From Marsupella aquatica (lineage: Eukaryota > Plantae > Marchantiophyta), in assembly GCA_973895155.1 (NCBI GenBank), contig OZ316892.1, positions 7,175,251 through 7,239,250 of the forward strand: a DNA stretch of 64,000 nucleotides, in the 5' to 3' direction. The notes under the pieces were generated by a model, which did no database searches, was not told the origin of the DNA, and saw only the letters and a list, made by a program, of their open reading frames with translations. Position numbers and translations under genes: made by a program. Of this stretch, positions 1 to 12,054 are shown piece after piece (within the stretch, counting starts at the first letter, position 1; every line of letters starts with the position of its first letter).

Positions 1-3000
1 AATTTTTGCTAGAAAGGTGAGTTGAACTAGGTGAGCAACGAAAAGCAAATTCAAGAGAATTGATTTAGTATGGCAAGTTTAAGTAGCCAGTGAAAAGTTA
101 GATTTGTCACACCTAAACGTCTTAAAATTGCCAGAGTTCTTTTGCCTTGAAAAAACTCATTGAATAACATCAAAAAGTCAGCATACAACATGGGTGGCCC
201 ACAAAGGGGGCTGGCACCTGGGTGGACCAAAGGTCAAGAAGCCAACAACCCGGAGAGGCCGGAACCAGGAAAGAAGCTAAACCAAAGGGAAAGCTAAACT
301 ATAAATTTAGTTACTGCAGCAGGAGCAGCTCAAACTCCAAAAGCCCGGCCAGTGAACAAGGAACCGGCCGGGTACCATCAGTAATAGAGAAGCTATTGGT
401 CTAGTCTGCACTGTAGCTCCAAATCCTGTGAAGTAGAGTCCTTCATGAACGGGGCGGGACTTGGAGAATGTGCTCGTGTATCTCCCACAAACCAGTCCAA
501 GAGCCATAATCAAAGGCCAATTCAATGAATTGCCGGAGTTCTTGTTTAGAAAATGGTGATCCTTCCATCTTGGTCATCATGGTTCTAAAAGTCAAAATTG
601 TCACTCATACACAAAATGAGTTTAATTATTTTCTTGTGTTTTTCCTTGTCAATTAATCCTTCCTTGTTATAACCACTATTGCTACCTTCCGCTGTATCCC
701 TATTTTCAAAATTCCCAGCCTGGTCCGGTCTACGAGGCACCCCCTTCCACCTCCACATTGTTGATCCCTTGCATAGGAAAATCCTGTAAATCTAAAGTAT
801 CCAGAAATATCGTTGCTAAACAATTCCCTTCACCAAAAGTGACACATCTCCACCCAGGTACATAAGGTGAAGTTGATTTGAGACACTCCCTATATCACTA
901 GTGGCATCTTGCTAAGAGCTGCATTGAGGGAAAAATCCTTTGAATACCTTTGTCTACTTGACCTTCTCCTTTTGGGACCCCGCCCCCCCCCCCCCCCAAT
1001 GGCCATACACTTCTTAGCTGATCCTCTAGAAGACACCATAATGCTGCAACTAGCCAAAACAACTATCAACCTGAATAACAAGAAACGGGACAAGAAACCA
1101 TATACTCAACAACACTTCACAAAATGACTGGAGGAGAGGTTGCATAGGAATTATACTTTGAACTAGTAAGATGAAATTATACTTTGAACTAGTAACCTAA
1201 ATACACACCCCCCTCTAACTATATTATTTGAAGTTCAAATCAAGAAAAGTGGTGGGGAGAAGAATTCAAATTCCCTATAACAGCTTTTTATTAACCTGTC
1301 CCCCAAACTACCCAATATTACCAACTTACCCCCCAAACAAAACTAATTATCAATCCTGTCCCCCATTTTGTATTTGGGTCAGTATCAGCTCTTACACGGG
1401 TTCCCGTTGCCATGTGGCAACTCACTACTGGCTAGCCTAAGTAACCTGCCGCCACCCCCCTTGGCCCCCCTTCCCCTTCCTTGTTGCAGGGCACAGTTGC
1501 AGGTCCGGGAGGGGCAGACATATGTTGTTTTTTGCTCCACACTCCCCTCACAAAATCCTGACACTTTTGGGCCCTCATTTTTACTTGAGGAATTTGTGCT
1601 GACTATGTGGACATTTTCCTCAATACATACAAGCTGATTTCCTCATTTTTGAGGTTGACACTTTTGAGCTAAGAGTCATCCCTTGTATGACATCTGCTTG
1701 ATGTTGTACCATCGAGAGTGCTTTGATCTTTTTTCACTATAGAGTCGTCAGGGGCACTAGCCCTGTTTTGCCAGTCTAGCCGCAAGACATCCTCACAATT
1801 TACTCCATGATCTCTTACATCATACAATCATATACGTGCTATATGCGACTAAGCTACCATCTTTGCCCCTGACTGCAAGACCCTCTTAATTGAATCCAAT
1901 GGATTCACAAATTTCTTGCCAAATTGTGGAGAAATTATGGAGCCGATAAGCATGAGGCAAGGATTTGAACACTTCAAGTCAGCAACCATCCTTCCAACCT
2001 TCGGTTTTGTCTAGGGCCTTGGAGTTCATCTCCCAGTTTAGGATTCTATCATTAACTTTATTCTTCTTGAGTCCCCATCCCTAACATGGCTCAACAAAGG
2101 TCCAACAGACTCCAAGCAACCAGTAGCCCACATTGGGTGTAATTCAGTCCATTGCTTCCTGACCTGATCAACATCAAGCTGACCACATGTAGAAGTGGTC
2201 AGGACACAGAGGCAAATTAGGAAACCTCTCAGAAAGGACATTTACCTTAATGCACCTGGCCTGGTGCCCTACAACATGACTGTCAAAGGCCTCCACAATG
2301 TTGTTGAAACCAGTTTCTCCATCACCCGCCTTGATTGCCAAGCCACCACCATAAGTCTGATTGTTCTTTTTCTCACAAAAGCCAGAAGTGTATCATACTT
2401 AGGACAGTGCCTGATTGTCCTCTTCACACAGCCAGGTCTCATCCATTGAGAACGTTGCGAGCATTTTGATGAAAACCCTTACCTCATAGTGTATGCATTA
2501 CCTTGTTTTTAAAATAACAAAAACAAGAGAACATGTACTAGCTTCCTTACAAACTTGAAACATACATAATGTACATGAATTAAAATTTTTCACCATTATT
2601 GGGTTTTTGACCTTTGGATCATATCCCCGGGGTATGCATTTTTGTTCCTTTGAAGTTCTATATGTATAGTTGAAGCATGCATAAGTAAGGGATACAAGAA
2701 CTAATGTTAAAGTTGAAGAGTTTTGGAAAACCGAGATATGATAGCTTCATGACAAACATTGGAGCACGTCTGTCACCTAATTTCTTCTGAAGTAGCAGTT
2801 TTGTATAGGGTAATGAAGGTGTGGTCTGGGGTTACTAGCCTATAATCCTGTGACCAGACAGTGAGGAAATGCTGACTGGCGACAACTGAGAAGTTTTTCT
2901 GAGCTTTGTGTGAACAAGTTTCGGACTAGAACCCCAACCCAAACAGTCAAACTCATTATCATACGTGCTACCTGTCCGGGAAAAAGAGTAATACCTGTCC

Positions 3001-5530
3001 CGAAAAAAGAGTCAAAAAGATTATGGGGTAAAACTTTCCGGGCACAGGGTTAGAAATGGAAGCACCTAGTAGAAAAGGTTACACATAACCTTTCTTTCCT
3101 AACAGGAATTAAGTTTCTTTCTTGTAGGAGCAAACAGGTATGCATTGCTGGCCATAAACCCATTGTTTGGCTTTCGATCGAGAACGGGTGATCAGGAGAC
3201 AATTGGAGGAAAGAAAGATAAACCCAGTCATGTCCAAACAACATCAGCTACAACCCAGTCATGCTCCAACGAAAGCAGCGCTGACCCATCGAATTCTTAT
3301 GCTGAATCCTGCCCTGCAACTCATCCAATTCGTCAGCCAATTCCCCCAAATCAGCGGACCTTTTGATCGCATTCTCTTTTTCCACTCGCCATCTGCACCC
3401 ACAAATTGCTCCTCAGGCTGCATAGACTGTCAGGATGGAACGCGTTTGTGTTGGAGCTATGGCGGGGAGGCCGAGAGTTGCATTCTTCGGGGCTGGGTCT
3501 GTTGTGCTGGGAGCAGCATTGGTGCCCATGTCTTCATCAGCAAGAACTGGCATTCGGTTTAAGAGAAGGATGGTGTCGAGAGATGGATCAAGGTCTGTGG
3601 GAGCGCTCATTGTCAGAGCTGCTACGGCTGACGACGTTGGGACTGTTGAAAGTGGCGAAATGGCGACTCTGCAATCCCTTTCGAAAGCTATAGAGAGTGT
3701 ATGGAGCTCCCTCTTGATCTTCATGTCCTCGCATTTTGTTTTCCAGTGAGATTGCTGCTGCAATGTTTAGGTACTTTTTGATCACCTCGCCTCCTCTCCT
3801 CTCCTCTCGTCTCCTGGCGAAATTTCGCCTGATGATGATCCAACTGCTAGTTTGCTGATGCCTCCTGTGTGCATGATGCCAGACTATCCTTGAAACGCAG
3901 GACTTCTCAATCCCTTTCGGAAAGTTGTAGAAAGTCTAATTAGTCTTGAACCAACTGCACTCCTATTCTTTATAAATACGAAAGCCGAAAGAATTCATTA
4001 AATCGCTCAAGCGCGTAATATGTTTGGATTTCTCGTGCCTGCCCCGCCTTGAAGGTAGGAACTGCACGGATCCTCTGATGTCATTCCAGCACGACCTTCC
4101 CTGTCCGGACAATTTGCTATTCCCAATTGATGCTTTCCTCAATGTCCTTCCAACGCAAAGGTCAATCTGTCTGCCCCCTTCCAAGCGAATTCTCAAAATG
4201 TTTAGGAAGATGACCTTAATAGACATGCATCACACTCCACCTGCAGACTCTCTCTTCAGTCAGAATGATGGCTCTGGCTTCACCACCACACACTGATTCC
4301 ACTCCGCTAGCCCACTAGGTCCATTTACCCTTTCTCTTCACTCCCAGTCGACACCAAACAAAGGTAACTGCCGCACCGCCCTTTCAATCCTTTGAATCAC
4401 TCAATCCTCTTCATAAACAACAAACCTTCCAATCCTTCTGCTCCACTCAGTCATCGCTTGTCTGAATCCGCCCATGCAAGATCAAACAAAATGCTACCCA
4501 CTGCATACCAGCAATCGCCATTGCACTTAAGGAGAATTTCCCAACCAGCAAAGCTTTCCAAGCTCAGCCACTGCTGTACAATTGTCTTACCTGTGTTATC
4601 CCTCAGTGCGTGACGGAGGAAACAAACTGATCGTCAATTCTGCTGCAGATTCATCTCTCAGCTCATTCATTCAGTGTACAATTCTGTATCTCCTCCCTGC
4701 ACTTCAAATGCACAGAGAAACGCAGTCAATCACGCATCTCATTCCTCATGGATCTCGCCAAAACGACAAAGACGACACCGTGAAGTCTTGAGTCAAACAC
4801 GCATTTTGGCACTAGAATTCGGATTCAGTTGAAAATGAGCAGCACATCATATTCTCTCGATTTCTGTCTGGACTCTCTTCTATCTTCTCAAACCATCCCA
4901 TGGCCAGTTAAGGGCATTCCACTTTAAGTGCTCAATTTTCTTGTTCCTGCCGCTCTGGTAGTCTGGAGCTTTCCACACTTCCTTGCACATTCAGATCACA
5001 TGTCATGTGGCAGGGGCCAGCTCCTGGCTCTCGCCCAATTCCCTAGCTCACCTACTCGGACGTAACTGCTTTTGGCTTGCATTTTGCTGAGCTTTTCTTC
5101 TTCTTCTTTCTTCTCAATTTGGGGGAGCCATGGATTGTAAAGTGAATGAATCAGTAAATCAACCAACTAGGATTGAGGATCGTTTCCCTGAACTGTCGTG
5201 CAAACCTTCGCATCGTTTGGGTCTGCTCGATTAACTTCAATGAAGGGCGTTTTCCTCGTCATCAGGATCATGAAGTTAGAAAATAACTTTTGCAGGCCTT
5301 TGTTCTCATTGAATCTAATTTATCCTCACAAGGTCTCTCGGGTCTTCGTTCAGCTCTCCATTTCTCAGTCAAAGCCAACTGCCTCTAGAACGATTTTTTC
5401 AATTTCACTTTCAGTCTAGCAGTGATAATTCGCCACAAGTGCATCATCTCTTCCAACACGGGCACACAACTTGGTCCTTAGGTCATCCTGTCTCATGCAT
5501 GTGCACCTACACATTTGTGTGGCCACTCAG

Positions 5531-7957
5531 GCTTTTGTGTTCGGAGAGGAGCCGAGCAAAGGATGACGAAGCAACTGGATTGCAGAAGGATGCAGATGCC
5601 GTGAGGAGTGTGCTGGATGACTTGAAGCGGGCAGGGACAGCTAAGCAATGGAATTCCTTAACCTCGATTTCTCGGAGAAGGGTTGGTCTTCGTCCCTTGT
5701 TTTGGCATCATTTCCGTTCTGTTCTGTCCGACGTCCCTTGTATGACCTGGTGACTCTCAATTCATTCGATTTATTCGTTCCTATGGTTTTCGACGCAGAC
5801 TTAGCTTCTGCACATGAACTTGAATCCTGAAAAAACTTACCTCTAAGAGGTATGTTGGTCCTTGTCTATGTGGCACTGTATAGACATTCATTCGGGAGCT
5901 GACAACTTTGGGAATCAAGAATGCCGAAAATTTGGCAATACCAAGCGTGCGCAATGACGTGAGCAATTTTGCAGATTTGATTGTTTGTACTGCATCTCCA
6001 CAATGCCTTTGCTCGGAAGTGATTGCTTTACTCTTTGTGGTTGCAAGGTCTCGCCCCAATTCATGAAATATAAATGAATCTGATCTTTTTGATAATGTGC
6101 AGGCAGCTTTCCTTGCAACTGTGGTGGGCACCACAGGTTTCTTGGCAGTGATTGCGAGCCAGTTGCCAGGGGTAATTTGTCACCTTACTTGATTTTCCCC
6201 TTCTCAAGTGGTTGTTGTTCCCCGGATGGATCAGCAGTCATTTTACTCTTTCTAGCTAGGTAGTTAATTAGCTTCATCTTCAGTCGTAGTGTTGTCAGTG
6301 ATCTGATGCAAAGACTCCGTGGTCGTGTGAGCAGGATTGGGGGTTTTTTGTGCCATACCTGATTGGAAGCCTCTCGCTGGTGGTCCTGGCCGTTGGCAGC
6401 GTTGCACCAGGGTTAGTTGACGATATCTAATTTAGTTGGCCACAACACATCCCCTATCCTAGTGTTTTCCTTGTAGTATGACACACTCTAAATTCTCAGA
6501 CTGTTCTAATAATCTGTTTTCACATTTTTTCGTCGCGTCTGCCATGTCTAGAGCTTTTAGTGTAGCGTTCTCTACTTGTTTTGTATATTTTATTGGCTCT
6601 AATGGTAACCTAAAAGACTGATAGTTTCGATGTGAGTGTAACTTGGTTTCTCTCTTCCAGCCTGTTGCAGGCAGCAATCAGTAGCTTTTCGGCAGTTTAC
6701 CCTGATTATCAAGAGCGCCTTCTTAGGCATGAGGCTGCCCACTTTCTTGGTAGGTTTATCTGTCATGTACCTCATCTTGTATTTCCAAGATTCAGTTGCA
6801 AGGTCCGTTGAAGGAAAGGGATGGAAAGCTATTTCTATTGATTGTTTGTCTGAGAACGAACATGCTGTTCGTGCTACCAGAAGTGCTTTGATCTCTGAAA
6901 CGTATACCTCCAAGCAGCTAAAAACATTCTGCATTGCGTTTGCAGTAGCATATTTGGTGGGGTTGCCAATAGTGGGCTACTCCACTGATATTGGCAAGGA
7001 GCACGTCAATCTTTTGGATGAAAAGCTGCAAGAGCGCATCTACAGCGGATCGTTTGAAGCAGGCGACCTTGATAAGTATGTCTGCAGCTTCTTGTTGATG
7101 TTAATGTTTGTACAATGGGATGCATTGGAATTGAAATTTGAGACTAAACTGAGAGTAACCTTGAGAGTAAACTGAGGACGAGAAATAGCAGGTCGAAGAT
7201 CCATAACAGAAATCGATTGCCCGTCTTAATATTTTCGTAAAACGGGCGGGCTCTGGAAGTTCAAAAATATCCATCGTAGTACATTAGAATCTAAGAAAAC
7301 TGGAATGTGCTGGTGACTCTGTAGTGAAACTTATTCGAGATTTTAAGCTCGTGGTTGTGGTACATGCAATGTGAAGGTTGGCTGTAGTGTCAATGGCTGG
7401 CTTGGCAGCAGAGGGGTTAAATTACGAAAAAGTTGAAGGACAATCAGCTGATCTCTATTCTTTACAGGTTGGATTCACCTCATTGCTACTCTGGAGCTAT
7501 TAAGAAGTTTCCGCCTTTGAAAACTGTCTTTGTCTTGTTTATCTTGTCTTCATCTGTCGCTGTTTGATAACAAAAAGATTGGTTTTCATTTCTTTCAGAG
7601 ATTAATAAACAGAAGTAAACCAGCATTGAGTAACAGCGATCAGCAGAATCTCACGCGCTGGGCTGTAAGTAGTCAAACCTGAACATGTGATAACGATCCT
7701 GCTCCAATTGAGAGTGGTGCAAGCTCTGTCTTCAACATTCAGTTCTTACATGTTTTGCCTGCAGATCTTGAATGAACGAAGTGACAAATAATGCCTAATG
7801 TACCTGTATTGCCGTGCAACTCTCCCTTGTTACATTGCAGGTCCTGTATGCGGCATCACTCTTGAAAACCAATGTTAAAGCATTTGAAGCACTCCAGCAA
7901 GCGATGGAACAAAAGGCATCAGTCGTGGAATGCATACAGGCGATAGAGAAACCTTAA
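5531..7957 (+). CDS. Peptidase M41-like (HExxH) membrane protein, Arabidopsis At2g21960 / VIR3-family type; multi-exon, start exon not resolved
   Basis: GT-AG exons ~5531-5681, 5884-5958, 6103-6170, 6335-6411, 6661-6749, 6946-7075, 7377-7467, 7599-7664, 7841-7957 splice into ...KQWNSLTSISRRTFIRELTTLGIKNAENLAIPSVRNDAAFLATVVGTTGFLAVIASQLPGDWGFFVPYLIGSLSLVVLAVGSVAPGLLQAAISSFSAVYPDYQERLLRHEAAHFLVAYLVGLPIVGYS...MAGLAAEGLNYEKVEGQSADLYSLQRLINRSKP...LTRWAVLYAASLLK...ECIQAIEKP*. The family assignment is from recalled similarity; the N-terminal exon(s) upstream of 5531 were not identified. Confidence 0.88.
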
Positions 7958-9196
7958 GAGTTCCTGATGGCAATTTTATTTGAAGAATGCTCATGAACAT
8001 CTAAGCTCAGAAATGGTGGTGACTACTCATCAGAGTGCACCTCAGAAGTAAATGTGAGCTGTTGATTGAACAAAGCTGAGCTATCATGAAACGAAGTCAA
8101 GTTTCTCGGAATAGTTCTCTCCCCATTCAATTGAAAGAAAGGGATTGGCAAAATGAATGACTGGGTGCCACCAATTTTCAGATAACCAATTGTGATGGCC
8201 ATTAACAGCTAAGGAGACAAAATTGGCTACTTGTTTATCAAGATATTTGAACTGTTGCATCATCATTGGACAGGTTACTTTGGCAGACAACTCAAAAAAA
8301 CTCATTCCGTGGGTTTGTTCCAAGTATTATTGTCCATAATGATGACCCACTTTTGTTAACAAACCTTGGTGACCCCAATAGGACGTGTCAAAGCAGGGCT
8401 GTAACTCAGTTATAACTCAAGACATAAATTGTAAGGGAGACCAAAATCCGCACCCCATGAGCATTTTATGTCCAAACATTCACAGCCATAAGACTCTGTT
8501 TAGGGGAGAACTTTGACACGCCCTAATGAGCCAGCCAGGTCCAATCCATCCACAATTCAACCTTTGCAGTTGGTCCTTGTTCACTGCATCACAGGCTTGG
8601 TCCATTGGAGGATATCAATTTACCTCGTGAGCATCTAGTCATACACAATCCTGTAAAGCACTATGGTAAGGCTTCTCAAAGCTTACAGTTGTTAACTTGT
8701 GAGTTAGGGGTCAGGCCCAATCCTCATAAATCTTTAAATCAGTGCACACTCCTTATGAACTTCGAAATCAGTTTTCCAAAGTTCCCAGCTGTTGACTTGT
8801 GACACCCAATTCTTTCGTTGGTGCTGCAGTTTTCGACTACGTGTGCTTAGGGCAATACTTCTCGAGGGCCCGCTTCCGGGCCCAGGTTTCGATTCTCGTG
8901 TCTTGTCAAATAGTAGGGAGCTCCCAAATCCCAATCCTCCCATCGGCGCGTTTGCCCTGGAGCTTGAGGCGTGTCGTTGAACAAGACACCGTTCCTGAGT
9001 GCCAGGTCCAAACCAACTCCCACCACGACCACCACCGCCTCCTCCCCTCCGTGGCTGCCTTTGCAACACTTTCCTCACCCAGCGGACACCAGCGCCCTCT
9101 GCATCTCTGCTGATCGATCGATCCTCTCTCCCTGCTTTGCTCTGCTCTGCTCTGCTCTGCTCTGCTCTTCGCCGAAATTGGCTGATCGGGTTTTTC

Positions 9197-9258
9197 AACG
9201 AGTAAATCTTCCAGAGCTCTCCCACCACTTCTCTAAAAGTGAGCTTCGTCCTCCTGTA

Positions 9259-9306
<48 letters not shown>

Positions 9307-9625
9307 GATGTACAAGACGTAAGAGAACGTTCTGGAACGAGTAAATCTCTGAGAGCTCTTCCACAGCTTCTCTAAAAGTGAGCTTCGTCCTCCTGTAACC
9401 CTCTCTCTCTATAGAACTTAATCTCTGTATAAGACTTTAGAGAACGTTATGGAACGAGTAAATCTTCCAGAGCTCGTCCACAGCTTCTCTAAAAGTGAGG
9501 TTCGTCCTCCTGTAACCCTCTCTCCACCTAGAAAACTCAATCTCTGTAGAAGACGTAAGAGAACGTTTTTGAACGAGTAAATCTTCCAGAGCTCTCTCTC
9601 TCTCTCTCTAGAAGACGTAAAAGAA
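9197..9625 (+). repeat. Tandem repeat, ~117-139 bp unit, three full copies plus a partial one, with embedded (CT)n
   Basis: AACGAGTAAATCT starts at 9197, 9336, 9453 and 9572. The first three are followed by CTTCTCTAAAAGTGAG(C/G)TTCGTCCTCCTGTAACCCTCTCT. The (CT)n tract is expanded at ~9262-9305. Confidence 0.9.
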
Positions 9626-9663
9626 GTATTGAATAGCTCAGTGAAGCTGGAATAGCAGTCGCG

Positions 9664-10828
9664 ATGGCCGCCGTTGGTACGGAGAAATCAGCAGAGGAGC
9701 GTTGTCTTGAAACTGAGGAATTGAATGGGCAACAACGTGAGGTTGGAGGATTCTATTACCTATCCCTCTCTTATCATCCCTTGGGTATTCGTGCTCCTGG
9801 TAGTTGTCTGTTCCCTCCTCTCGCGATTCGAGTTTTTCCTTCGTCTGCAGAAGTCTGGATATGTTTAGTTCTTGATCAATTCTTGATCAATGAAAGTCTC
9901 ACTCATTGTCCTCCTTACTTCGGTGTTTCTTTTTCTCGCGCGTTCAGGTTTTTGTCAATTGGTTGTGTTGGTTGCACTGGTGCATGATCACTACTATGTT
10001 GTTACCAGTTTTATTACCGTTGGATTATGTCCGGTTCCTGTCCTTCAGGGCGCTAGATATCGTTGAAATGCCCTCCCTCCCTCCCCCATACAGAATCTGT
10101 ATTCGTGAATTCACGCTAGTTACTAGACAATCACCATACGACTGCATGCACTCTCTTGTTCCTGCACATCAAAAATTTATTGAGACGGGAATTCAGTCTA
10201 TGCGGTTTAAGGTTGTTGATCTATCCAATTCTTAAGATCCACTAAAGACACTTACCTGAAGACCAGACCTCTTCCCCTTCTGTTTGTAACACTCACTGTT
10301 TAGCACTCCATTATAAGGTTGAGTTCCTTTTCTCTGACATTTGATATGATGTGGGAACAGGACACAGAAAGCAGTCCGATAAATGCCTCGCTACAGGTTG
10401 GACGGTTGCTCAAACTATCTGCAGCTCAGGTATCAGTGTTGAGTCGCGAGCTGGATGCGACTGATGAGAATCCGGTTTTAGTTGTTCAGGTGAACCCAGC
10501 TTGGGTTACCATCCACGGTCAGGCAGCGGCTGATGATGTTCTTGATTTTATTGGGGAGTTTGAGATGGATGCACCCTACCGTAGGGATCCTGAGGCTGCA
10601 CGACGATTTGTATACCATTTTGCGATGACATCTGACATAGGGAATTGTAGAGCTGCGACACTTGCGATGTTTCCTTTAGCTTTTGCACTGAGCTCAAATG
10701 CAGCTCAAGTAGCAGCTGCATTTGGTGCAAGTGGAGTCCCAGTTATTCCTTTGGCTTTTTGCGCTGTGATTCATAAGATTGCAGTGCGCCAATGCGATGT
10801 CCAGAGATCTACATTTTTTTGTCTTTGA
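9664..10828 (+). CDS. Putative two-exon orphan protein (~182 aa), unknown function, hydrophobic Ala-rich C-terminal segment
   Basis: ATG at 9664 in good context (GCGATGGCC). Exon 9664-9741 ends GAG|GTTGG; acceptor AACAG|GAC at 10361 continues in phase into the 10319-10828 ORF: MAAVGTEKSAEERCLETEELNGQQRE/DTESSPINASLQVGRLLKL...AATLAMFPLAFALSSNAAQVAAAFGASGVPVIPLAFCAVIHKIA...FFCL*. No family recognised. Confidence 0.55.
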
Positions 10829-11168
10829 TTTTTCGAGATGCCTTCTCATGATTTACTGGTCAGACATTTTTTGTCATGACATTAAAGCTGAGTTTTTAAT
10901 GAAAAATTACTGGCATTACTTGCAATTCAGAGTTAATTTCTTTGCCTTAAATTTCAAATTAGAGTGACCAAATCTGATTGAATGGAAACCCTTTGGACTG
11001 GGAGAAAGACCAGCATAGTTGGGAGCAGACAAGGACAATGAGTCTGCTTTGGAGAGGGATAAAGACGAGCATGGTTGGGAGCAAACAAGATACAAAGTCA
11101 TTCATTTGGTGTTTTGCGCTTGCGTTCTAGAAAACTAGGACCTGAGTTCCAGCCTAGAAAATTGATGT

Positions 11169-11263
11169 CATTGCACAATTGACTTGAATCCAAAACAGTT
11201 GGTCCTAGTTCATTCTAAAATACTGATCTGCCATTGCACAATTGACTTGAATCCAAAACAGTT
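11169..11263 (+). repeat. Short direct duplication (32 bp identical core, 63-bp spacing)
   Basis: CATTGCACAATTGACTTGAATCCAAAACAGTT at ~11169 and ~11232. Confidence 0.85.
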
Positions 11264-12054
11264 TCTTCAATATTTGCTGTCTTCTTAGGGAGGCTGCTTT
11301 GACACTTCTTGTGGGCGCTTCTCAATTCTCATGGGGATATGGCAAGATTGCTTTTCAAGACGGCTCAGAAGTGTCTGTCCTTTGGGAGTAACGACAATAT
11401 TGTGCAGCACATACTAGCAATACATCGCTGACATGTGGATTCAACACAATTGATGTTCCCGGTCACACTGAGACATGAAGTTCAGTTACTTTAAAAGAAG
11501 TAGAGATCAACTAATCAGATTTGGTCGGTCTAATTTGAACTCTGGCAAGAAAGTGAATCAAGTTCTGAATTTCAAGCCATGATTACATCAAGTTGGCAAA
11601 TTTCATGGCCTTTTCAAGCAGCTCCGTTTCTTCGCCTAAACAGCTTTTCGAATGCAGAGAAATGGGCATCTTGGAACTTCCACAACTCCCTAGATTGAAG
11701 CAATACAACTTCAGGACATCGTGCTCCTCTTTTAGATGGAAAAGAATATTAACTTTGTACAATTGAATGACCTCTGCACGGCAGCAAGGGAATGTTTTCC
11801 GTGCAGGGTTGGCTTGACCAAAAGGAGGCCAAGACAACACCAATAGGAAAGAACGCCACACGTACAGAAGCGCACACTATCCCCCCACGTACAGTAGCTA
11901 CGATGCATGTACATCTTACCACCTCCAAATGAAAAGTACCTGACATCACTTTCCTCTAGATTAGCTGAGTGTTCAAGTTGAATTACAAAATTCCTCAACT
12001 CAATTACCAATGAAAAGAGATGCTTAATTATGGGCTCAATCCACTAAAAACCTG

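Noticed and set aside
1-2500. Possible decayed transposon or gene fragments on the minus strand
   Set aside because: The short frames are stop-interrupted, and I recognised no RT, integrase, transposase or other motif. It cannot be called without a database search.
9197-9625. CRISPR-like look of the repeat array
   Set aside because: The intervening sequences are themselves homologous rather than unique spacers, there are no cas genes, and the context is eukaryotic.
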